The notes under the pieces: generated by a model
Told to the model about the DNA's origin: nothing
Seen by the model: only the letters and a program-made list of their open reading frames with translations
Database searches by the model: none
Shown: piece after piece, positions 50,472 to 61,259 of the stretch
Layout: the number at the start of each line of letters is the position of its first letter
Position numbering within the stretch: position 1 is the first letter of the stretch
Source of the DNA: Macrostomum lignano
Taxonomy: Eukaryota
Direction of reading: 5' to 3'
NCBI GenBank assembly: GCA_002269645.1
Contig: NIVC01000166.1
Span: 372,001-436,000, forward strand
Length of the DNA stretch: 64,000 nt
Translations under genes and position numbers: made by a program

Positions 50472-52839
50472 ATAACTAGCTAACTAACTAAATTCCTAAA
50501 TAACTAACTAACTAACTAGCTAACTAACTAGCTAACTAACTAACTAAATAACTAACTAACTAGCTAACTAACTAACAGCAAGACATCAGTGACGGCACAG
50601 TAATGTATCTCCAACCCACCTGAGCCAGCAGTTTGCAATTCTCTGCGTGAGTAACCAGCCATCGAGCTGGTAGTGACACCAAATCGACAACGCCAATTTC
50701 TTCGCTACGTTTTAGCTCCGGTGAGGTGACTGTGACCACTGGGCGGCCGCCGCAGCCGCCAGCCACCTGTGGGAACAACGCGGGCAACCAAAGTGGGAAG
50801 GTTTATATTTTTTACTGGATTTCAACATGTGACATGCATGCAACTGAACACGTAGCTTCAGGATGGAATAATATAAAAATGGTCAGAATATGTACATGTG
50901 ATGGTAGCAGGTACACCTGATAGAGTATGTACACCTGCTGGGAGCATGTATACCTGATGGAAGGATGTAAGCCTGGTGGAAGCATGTGCACTGGCAAGAG
51001 CATGTAACCTGATGGGAGCATGTACACCTGATGAAATGATGTACACCTGATGGGAGCATGTAACCTGTTGGGAACATGTACACCTGTTGGGAACATGTAC
51101 ACCTGATGGGAGCATGTAACCTGTTGGAAACATGTACACCTGTTGGTAACATGTACACCTGATGGGAGCATGTATCTAGATGAAAGCGTTGATACCTGGT
51201 GGGAGAGTTTAGGCAATGCTGGCACATAGGCTGCTCACCTTGAACAGGTCGCAAAACTCTGGCATGCTGGCCAGTTTCTGCACCGCTTGCCTCGATGCGA
51301 ACAGGTGCCCAGCGTACTCGGCCACGGCTTTGCACTCGATTAGGGACAGGTAGAGATCACCGATGCGGCTGGCCGAACTCCAGTTGGCTAGGCGGGCCTC
51401 CAGAGTGCGGACAAAGGCCTCCTGGGCTGTCTGTAAGATCGAAGTATGAAATGCAGTCTTAGCTTGATAAATGAGTTTAGTGAGGCTTCGAGTTTAGTAA
51501 AAGCCTTCGAAACGTTCACTGATGTTTTCAGTTTGTAATGCTTTGAGCAGATGAAGTCTCACAGCCCTGCAATAATCGAAGCCCTCACCTGCAGCTCATC
51601 AAATCGGTAGAAAGCTTCTCCAACCAGCTCGGCGGCTGGGCGGCAGCTGGCGGATCGCTGGCCGGCGCAGCGCACGGCACTGCAGCACTGCGCCAGCACC
51701 CGCAGAGCGCACAGGTGAAACGCCTCCTCGCACTGGACTCGCTGAGCAATGAGCTGCCTCTGCTGCTGTTGCTTCTGCTCAGCGGAATCCGCTGTCAGTG
51801 TTGAAGCCGGCTCCGATTCTTCGTAGGGCGTCACGTAGCGAACGCTGCTGCGGTCCAGTCTCCAGGACGACGGCGGCACGCTGTGGGGAGGCACGGGCGG
51901 CGGCGAAGGAGGCGGCGAGGAAGGCGGAGGCGGCGGAGGCCGGTGACCGCCGGACGTGCGGCGAGGCATCCCCTGCTGCCACGGCAGTTTCGGCGGCAGC
52001 GGAGGCGGCAGGGCGCCGGGTCTCTGCTGGGAGGCGCTGGACACCTGGCGGCGTTGCTGGCGCAGCTCCAGCACCGAGGCGTAGACTGGCTCGTCTGCCA
52101 GGTATTCCTGGGGGAGGCGATGGCGGCCCAGCAACTGAGGATCTGGGAGGCTGGCCCAACAACTCAGGATCTGGGAGGCTAGCCCAGCAACTGAGGATCT
52201 GGAAGGCTGGCCCAGCAACTGACACTCTGGGAGGCTGGCCCAGCAACTGACACTCTGGGAGGCTGGCCCAGCAACTGACACTCTAGGAGGCTGGCCCAAC
52301 AACTCAGGATCTGGGAGGCTGGCCCAGCAACAGAGGATCTGGAAGGCTGGCCCAGCAACTGAGGATCTGGGAGGCTGGCCCAGCAACTGACACTCTGGGA
52401 GGCTGGCCCAGCAACTGAGGATCTGAGAGGTTCAGGAGAAGAGAAGCCCACGCAAATAAAAGCAGTGGCTCACCTGCAGCGGAGTCGCACAATCCGCGCC
52501 ACCCTCCGAGCCATTGCTGCCAATCGCACCAGCGTCCCCAATTCCACTGCTGGCGACTCCACCAGAGCCGCCGCCCACGACGCTGCACAGCCTGTCGGCG
52601 CAGTCAGTCAGGAAGCCAACCAGAAACCGCTGACGCGCCACTTTTCGCTCAGCTTCAACCAGCTGCCGCCTGGCCTTCAACACGGCCGCCTGCAATGCTG
52701 TCAGCTGATCGACCGCGGTGGCGCTGGAGCCATTGAGCACCTGCCAGACCTCGTCGGGCCCAGCACCGAACTCCAGGCGATGCAGCTGGTCGAATTCTTG
52801 CCGAAAGTCGCGACCCGAGACAGTCGCTGATGATGCCAT
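45778..52839 (-). CDS. BCR: BCR/ABR-like protein (~1139 aa): N-terminal coiled coil, DH, PH, C2, RhoGAP
   Basis: Exons 52839-52474, 52107-51589, 51430-51239, 50766-50620, 50176-49436, 48943-48465, 48273-47760, 46863-46588, 45963-45778 join in phase. LMVELSGNQRKLRRVFLFSDVLIC (PH), VFGVPL..GLYRVSG, GLLKLYLRELPEPLF, NKMSPSNIGLIFGPTLIRP (GAP). Two splice sites (52107, 49436) are best guesses. Confidence 0.85.
46090..46560. repeat. Minisatellite GGAGGCTGGCCCAGCAACTGAGGAT, last intron of BCR-like gene
   Basis: Same unit as 52127-52430. Confidence 0.93.
47034..47315 (+). mobile_element. hAT (Charlie-like) MITE
   Basis: Imperfect TIRs CAGGTGTCGGCGAAC / GTTTGCCGACCCATG; 8-bp TSD ACCTAGAG (47026-47033, 47316-47323). 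A related partial element follows to ~47655, ending GGTTGCCGAACCCTG. Confidence 0.85.
48298..48460. repeat. (GACA)n microsatellite
   Basis: Fills a short BCR intron. Confidence 0.97.
48995..49400. repeat. 30-bp minisatellite GAGCCATGGCATCTCAGCAACTCCCCCATT
   Basis: Intronic tandem units. Confidence 0.95.
50225..50576. repeat. (TAAC)n microsatellite
   Basis: Direct inspection. Confidence 0.97.
52127..52430. repeat. Minisatellite GGAGGCTGGCCCAGCAACTGA, first intron of BCR-like gene
   Basis: Same unit as 46090-46560. Confidence 0.93.
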
Positions 52840-55361
52840 TCGCGATTCTGCTGAGCAGTCTGACAGAAAAAATGAATTGAATTCTTAGGTTGAGAGTTAT
52901 GAATTTTTAGAATTTCAAACCAAGAATAAAATTTTGTCTTGGCAGTTTAAATCCAACAGATTATATAGCCTCAGTTATTTTTAAAGTACCAATTTAGTAT
53001 TGTAATATAGTAGAAAAAATGATCTAACAATAGTAGCTAACCAGAAGGTTGATATGCTCATATAAAAAATGTTATCACTCTCTTACACTACCTATTGCCC
53101 ATATAGCACTTTACAATATTAGAGAATACAAAAATACTATTTTAAAGACATTTAACAAAAAATAGTTTCTAAACGTGGAATGCAAATAAAACAAAAACAA
53201 TGCTTTAATATCAGTAGCAAAGCTGCAAAGGTTTATAATTAGGAAAACTGAAAGAAAATAAAGCTCTTCAGACTATACTTCTTACCAATTTTAGGTAATG
53301 ACAATTAAAAAATGTTTTTTTTTCACTTATAAAGCAATACTTTCATAGTCCCATAACTTTATTAGTAAAATATCTTCCAACTTTGAAAGCTTACCTCAAC
53401 TCTAGTTAGTCAAAGTTGTGATAAACAAATTTATCTTCAATATCTTTTAGCTATATACTAAAAATAGTTTTAATGTTTTTCGTCAAAAACACCTTAAAAG
53501 CAGATTTTTTAAAGATCTTATTTGTGCGCTGCCAAATAAAAGCTGAAAGGCCTATACACACACTACGTCACTACCCTATGTAATCGAACTAATACTGAAA
53601 TTATTCTACTGTATCTAATATGATTTGTGACATGTGGTTACTTAATAGCTATAAGTATTTAGCTAGAAAATAAAAAAGCAAAGTAGTATGTTATACTTCA
53701 AATCGACAAGTCCAGCAATTACAATTACTTTTTGTGTAGTAGTCAGAATTATCAATGATGTTGTGTTATCGCGGATCACGTGTTTCCTACAAAATAAGAC
53801 TTTTAAAATTTAACAGAATCTGTGCGTATTTTAACAAATTTATAATAGACATAAAACTAAATGCGAAACAATACACAATATTCTTTGCTTCTTTTAGTGC
53901 ATTATACTTTTTATGAAAAATTTTTTAAATTTTTAAATAATTGCTTTGCAGAAATCAACGGATATTTATATTATATCAGTTTTTACTTTAAATATGAATA
54001 ACTCAACACTAACTTGAAATTATAGTTACTGCCTTGGTTTTAACTTTTTTCAACCCAAATCCACTGAAAAAAGAAAGAGCTATATCATTATCTCATTCTA
54101 AATAAAATAAATGACAGTAGTCATTAGGGTCAATTGTTGCTATAACTTGACAAGTTCAACTTGACGTAATTGTAAACGCACCAGCAAGTTTGTGTACCGC
54201 AGTATGTAAAAAACCAAATGCACATACGAATCTTACTACATCTCAGATTGTTCACCACTCTTGAAGGCTGTTCTACAAGTACACGTTCATGTAACACGAA
54301 ATCCGTATTACCGAATGATGTTGAGTAAACTTTTTTTAGGCAATTTACTACAGAGCTCGATTTCCAAATTAATGTAAGTTTGCTAATAATATTATACCAA
54401 GCGCTCAGCAGATTTTTATCCAACTTGAACCTAGTAAATGAAGTTAATAGACGGGAGCAAGAAGAGCAATATTGTATTTCACTTGAAAGCATGGCAGATC
54501 GGTAAGCGTGCAAGCGAACAGAAAAATATATTCAGCATTCAAATTATTTTATTGCAGCCAAATATGCACAACAGTTCGGCCAAAGGAAATACTGCAAAAC
54601 GCACAACAGACAAAAATTAGCTGAAGCTAGAATAAATTTCCTAGTAACAAATTGGCATATCTACAATATATTGAAGCATTCCTGTGGAAAACGAAATTTT
54701 TAAAAAAAACAAGCATAAAAATTCCTTAAGACAGACACAACATTGCAAATGTACAGAACAAACCGAGAATATTTCCGAAGCGATTGCAACAGATCGTTTG
54801 AAGTAGCAATAAAAATAGAATCTCATGTATTTTACTGTAAAGTTCAGACACACTCGATTTGTACCGAATGAGGCAATGAAATAATCATGATTTGTCAGCT
54901 TAAAAATATAATAGACGGTACTGAAAAATTAATCATTCAATCAGGGTTAGAATTATTTCACGAAGAAATGTCATTAAAAGATGCTCTGAAACAATTTAAT
55001 TAATTAACATGTAACATACAATTTTTGATAGAAATTTGTTAGAAAGACAAATAAACAATTTTTAATGAGGCCAGTTGTGTAAGCAGTAATTTATACATTA
55101 TGCATGTAGCATAAAAATAAGCTGCATAGAGACAATAATCATAATTTAACGTCGAGTTTACTGAGAATTATATAATTTACTGTTTTAAAGCCAATAATGC
55201 GAAAGTAAAAAGCGTATTAATGCTTTTACTTCATGCCACAGAGCAGAGATAAGTAATTCAGTCAGGATTGTAGGTCAGACAATATTGGACGTATCTGACG
55301 GCCCTGGTAGTTGCTGTAATATAAAAATGATTTTTAAATAATTAACTGAACATTCTGCTTA

Positions 55362-56870
55362 TGCATCACACAGTCCCTAAGCTAAAGCATCACACAGTCC
55401 CTAAGCTAAAGCATCACACAGTCCCTAAGCTAAAGCATCGCACAGTCCCTAAGCTAAAGCATCGCACAGTCCCTAAGCATCACACAGTCCCTAAGCTAAA
55501 GCATCACACAGTCCCTAAGCTAAAGCATCACACAGTCCCTAAGCTAAAGCATCGCACAGTCCCTAAGCTAAAGCATCGCACAGTCCCTAAGCATCACACA
55601 GTCCCTAAGCTAAAGTATCACAGTCCCTAAGCTAAAACATCACACAGTCCCTAAGCTAAAACATCACACAGTCCCTAAGCATCGCACAGTCCCTAAGCTA
55701 AAGCATCGCACAGTCCCTAAGCATCACACAGTCCCTAAGCTAAAGCATCGCACAGTCCCTAAGCATCGCACAGTCCCTAAGCTAAAGCATCGCACAGTCC
55801 CTAAGCATCACACAGTCCCTAAGCTAAAGCATCGCACAGTCCCTAAGCATCGCACAGTCCCTAAGCATCGCACAGTCCCTAAGCATCGCACAGTCCCTAA
55901 GCTAAAGCATCGCACAGTCCCTAAGCATCACACAGTCCCTAAGCTAAAGTATCACAGTCCCTAAGCTAAAACATCACACAGTCCCTAAGCTAAAACATCA
56001 CACAGTCCCTAAGCATCGCACAGTCCCTAAGCATCACACAGTCCCTAAGCTAAAGCATCGCACAGTCCCTAAGCATCGCACAGTCCCTAAGCATCGCACA
56101 GTCCCTAAGCATCGCACAGTCCCTAAGCATCGCACAGTCCCTAAGCATCGCACAGTCCCTAGGCATCGCACAGTCCCTAGGCATCGCACAGTCCCTAAGC
56201 ATCGCACAGTCCCTAAGCATCGCACAGTCCCTAAGCATCACACAGTCCCTAGGCATCGCACAGTCCCTAAGCATCGCACAGTCCCTAGGCATCGCACAGT
56301 CCCTAGGCATCGCACAGTCCCTAGGCATCGCACAGTCCCTAAGCATCGCACAGTCCCTAAGCATCGCACAGTCCCTAAGCATCGCACAGTCCCTAAGCAT
56401 CGCACAGTCCCTAAGCATCGCACAGTCCCTAAGCTAAAGCATCGCACAGTCCCTAAGCTAAAGCATCGCACAGTCCCTAAGCTAAAGCATCGCACAGTCC
56501 CTAAGCTAAAGCATCGCACAGTCCCTAAGCATCACACAGTCCCTAAGCATCACACAGTCCCTAAGCTAAAGTATTACAGTCCCCAAGCTAAAACATCACA
56601 CAGCCCCTAAGCATCGCACAGTCCCTAAGCATCGCACAGTCCCTAAGCTAAAGCATCGCACAGTCCCTAAGCATCGCACAGTCCCTAAGCATCGCACAGT
56701 CCCTAAGCATCACACAGTCCCTAGGCATCGCACAGTCCCTAAGCATCGCACAGTCCCTAAGCATCGCACAGTCCCTAGGCATCGCACAGTCCCTAGGCAT
56801 CGCACAGTCCCTAAGCATCGCACAGTCCCTAAGCATCGCACAGTCCCTAAGCATCGCACAGTCCCTAAGC
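55362..56870. repeat. 18/24-bp minisatellite GCATCRCACAGTCCCTAA(GCTAAA)
   Basis: Tandem units. Confidence 0.96.
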
Positions 56871-56894
56871 ATATCCCATACAGCATTCGAATTC

Positions 56895-58537
56895 TCAAAA
56901 AACGGTGCGATCATCACGCATGTAAATCAGAACGCAGACCCGTACCGCAGTTTCCAAGGCAACGCTCGAGTCGACATTGGTATCAGACGTAGCAGCACGA
57001 GTTTCTTCCGCCTGTTGCTGCTGCTGCATCTGAAGCCGTTGCTCCTTGACAGCCTCCGTGTAGCTCGGCGGCGGCTCGCCGGCCACTTCGCCATAAACAG
57101 CGTCGTGATACGGCGGCGGCTCCAGCGGCAACTCCGGTTGCGGCTGGTCAATCGACTGGCCGGGACCGTTGGAAGATTCAAACGAAACGGACATGTTGTC
57201 CGATGAGGACGAGTCTCGCCGCTGCTGCTGGTTCTGATTGGATAGGGAGGCTTGCCTCGGCAGAGCCTGCTCAGGCCTGAGCTGCTGCTGCTGCTGCTGA
57301 CGTCGCCTGCGCCGCCTCTCGCGGTCAACAAAGTAGTACTTGTACAGTGCCGGCACCCAGGTTTTAGCCGAGGCGAACAGAACGCACAGCAGTACAATTG
57401 TGATGATGCAGGCGGCTATTATCTGATGGGGCATTGATTTTGACATTTTTATATATCTGTGAGTTAATTCCTTAGAGAGAAAAAATACGTTAATCCAAGA
57501 TCCCGAATTTCAAAAATCTGAAATCCATAACCCTAGATCCCAAATTCCGAATCCCCAGATAAGATTCCCAAATCTCAATATAATATCTTCAAACCATGAA
57601 TCCCAAAATAAGATTCCCAAATCCCAAGATACAAATGCAATATCCCCAAACCCCTAATCCCAAGAAGATTGCGAAATCCCGAATCTCAATCTAAGATTTC
57701 CAAATCCCAAGATAATATCCTCAAACCCCAAATCCCAAGATAAGATTCCCAAATACCAAATCTCAGTATAAGCTTCCCAAATCCAAAGATAATATTCCTA
57801 AATCCCAAATCCCAAGATAAAGTTCTCAAATCCCAAGATAAGATTCCCAAATCCCAAGATAAGATTCCCAAATCCCAAATTAAGAGTCCCAAATCCCAAA
57901 ACCCAAGATAAGATTCCCAAATCCCAAGATAAGATTCCCAAATCCCAAGATAAGATTCCCAAATCCCAAGATAAGATTCCCAAATCCCAAGATAAGATTC
58001 CCAAATCCCAAGATAAGATTCCCAAATCCCAAGATAAGATTCCCAAATCCCAAGATAAGATTCCCAAATCCCAAGATAAGATTCTCAAATCCCAAGATAA
58101 GATTCTCAAATCCCAAATTAAGATTCCCAAATCCCAAATCTAAAGATAAGATTCCCAAATCCCAAGATAAGATTCCCAAATCCCAGGATAAAATCCCCAA
58201 ACCCCGAATCCCACAAGATTCACAAAGCAGCTCAGCCAGCACGGACCTGGTTAGCGCTAGGCCGATCCTGATCGCACTGAGGCAGGTCCGGACACTTGAC
58301 AGTTTCAATCTGCGGCGACAGCCTCCGACAGTCGCGGTTGATCAGTTCGACAAACTTGTCCTTGATCTTGACCACCAGGCTGCTCCGATTCCGCTTGCAG
58401 CTGCACACTCGAGTCCGGCGGAGTACGCCCTCATCGCCGCAGGTGACGCTGCACTGGCCAAAGGTCCATCCGCACCAATGCTTGGCCAGGCAGCCGCGCA
58501 TGCACACTACTAACAGTAGAAATATTAGTAGCGGCAT
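56895..58537 (-). CDS. Small type I membrane protein (~272 aa): signal peptide, TSP1 domain, TM, cytoplasmic PPxY motifs
   Basis: Exons 58537-58247 and 57422-56895 (phase 0; acceptor is a best guess); WCGWTFGQCSVTCGDEGVLRRTRVC; TM IIAACIITIVLLCVLF; PPPY and PPSY. Confidence 0.72.
57780..58190. repeat. 21-bp minisatellite TTCCCAAATCCCAAGATAAGA
   Basis: Intronic tandem units. Confidence 0.93.
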
Positions 58538-61259
58538 TGAACTGCGCGCTAAACAATTAGAAATGCTACGAGCAGACAAAAGTCCCATGGCAATTGAAGA
58601 GCATTGAGTCCTGAAAAGGTCAAGGCCAATGCGCTGAAGAAGTTGAAGTTTGAAATAAAAAATGAATTAATTTGAGTTAAAAATAGAAAGTAGACTGTTC
58701 AGCACATGCCACAAAACAAATATTTAGATAGTTTCATGAACTCCCAAGATGCAAACCAAACACTCAACCCAAGTTTCCATGGATCATAATAGAGAGAAAA
58801 ATTGGTATTAGAAAATAATTTTCATGGTCTAATCATGAAAAATATAACCAATCATTATATGGCTAAGATATATATAATTTTTTATAATGTATACTAGCAA
58901 TGCAACTTTGCTTTAACAAAAAATACATCTTTAAATTAGGCATATTAAATGATAAAAAACTAAAATTAAAACATAGATAATAATACACTTTTGTTGCATG
59001 TTGACCCCAGAAAAATTTGGGGTGCACTATTTTTTAAAAAAGACTAGCGAATTATAGGTACAAATTCTTTAGTTTTCACATCAAAACTGAACAAAATTTA
59101 TAAGTGTTAAACAACCTACCAACATAAATATTATTTGTTTTATAGTTTCACTTCCCTTATATCTTTTACCTAGAGTAAATAAATTAAACAAACCTAATGC
59201 AATAAAAATTCAAAAGACTAAAACTGAGATTTAGACAATGCTTTTATTAGTCAATATTGTCACTAAATAAAAAAGTGTCATTCTAGGCAAAACTAATTTT
59301 CTTAGATGCTTGCAGTTAATGAATCAATTATTAAAATAATGATTACTGGATAGCCTGCCATTAGAGCATGGTCTCTATAATTTTCTTGGCTTCTGAGTCT
59401 TTTTCTTATACAAGTTCTCTGACATTGCCTTGGCTTTACTATTTTAAGTATAATCTTTACCTTTGTTCTTTTCAACAAAAGTCATTATGCTTTGCTTTTT
59501 GTTTAAGCTTTCTTAATCTACTTAGATGTCCATTGAACTGACTTTTCAAAGTTAGTAAAACAACTCTATAGTTGTTAGCATGAGATATCAAAAACTTGAG
59601 CTTTGAAGCCCACAAGTTGATATTTATATTCTTGATAAAAATGAACATATCAATAATTGATACTTAAAAGCACACAAGGGGGTTTAAAAGAAATGCTCAA
59701 TAAAATATTGTTAAATAAGTCTATAAAAATAATATAGTGAGTATACTCAATGTATACTTACTAAGTCACACAACACAATATAACAGTTAGTATTTCTTAA
59801 TGAGGCGGTGTTTGACTAAAGTTATTTGATACTCTATATTATACTATATTATCACAACTTGTTTATTATACTTTTGTTCTTACTTATTTTATTCCACTGC
59901 AAGTACATACTCATTTTTTCTAGAACACTCTGTCTACCTGTGTGCACCTAGCCCACCACCCCAAATATTATCACCTTCCACCACTCTCTCCTGATAGCTA
60001 TATATAATATCTTGCTATTGATTTTTGCTCATTGAAATAAAGAATTTATCTCACCTCGCTCTAAAACTAACACTGAACAGAATGAACTTTTCTTAGTCAT
60101 TTGCAACACAACACCTCTAGCTGCTAGCAATATCCAATATATAGCATAGGTCAAGAATTGGCATACATATTCTTATGTAAGAGACATGGTGGGTGGCCAT
60201 GTCTCTAATATTGGAGCTTATAGGCATGGCTGCCATGCCATGTATACCACAGTCAGGAAGGTGGTAAATTCCACGCAAAATTGCGGTGCACACAAAGGAA
60301 TTTTCTGGCGCACACGGCGCACACGGCGCATAGTGAGAGCAGAAAAAATATGTGCCATCTAGCATTGGCATATATACACACATGACTCTTGGCTATGCTG
60401 CATTTGGCACATAGTCTATACATCTATACAGTAAAATCTTAGTTCACATGTAAAGTGTATTGTTTATATACAATCAATATTACGATAATCGTTATTTTAT
60501 TAATGTAAATGAAAATTCAAAAATACATAAAATTTAAATTTCAAAATACGATTATTATTTTCTGCATCCTGCTCAATACTTATTCATTTCATAATCTAAA
60601 GTTAATCTATCTGATATTGCATTAATTACAATTTCAATGGCTGAGGCTGATACAGGTATAGACACAGTCTTAGATGCAGATGCTACTTCTAAAAGTTCTA
60701 CTATAGGCCTAATGACTACAAGTACTGCTACTACTACTAGTACTAGTACTAGTGCTGCTGCTACTGCTACTCCAGCTACTACTACAAGTGCGAGTGTGTT
60801 TATTTATTAAAACTATTTTATTCATTGTCTCCTTAGTTTAAAAAATAAGACAAATTCAAGTATTTTAACAATCAGCCTATCAAATATGTTTACCAACTTA
60901 AAAAGAATATTAACCACTTTGAAATAGTATTTAAAAACTCAAATTAAGCTTCTGAGTTCAAATCTAAGCTCTAAATTATTTAATGAATAAAACTTTCTAA
61001 ATCTGAATCCAAAAGATAGCCTTTTTAGTATACACTAAGCCTTTTTATATCATATAAATCTAAGTTGAACATGTTTTATTCAGTTTAACAGTTTAAGGAC
61101 ATGACAGTTTAAGCTGTCCTAAATGTCAAAACTTTCATTTATCCATAAGTATTTTTAATTTTCTTATAGGCCTAAGTAAAGTAAAAAACTTGAACTTAAA
61201 AAAAATTGAACGTATTTGATTAGCCAATTAAAAAGAGTTTATTTTTAAATACCTTTTAT

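Noticed and set aside
54130-54513. 127-aa ORF faintly reminiscent of a CACTA transposase C-terminus
   Set aside because: No diagnostic motif I can support; AT-rich context.
60715-60790. (ACT/GCT)n Thr/Ala-rich run suggesting a mucin exon
   Set aside because: Short trinucleotide repeat with no supported splice partners.
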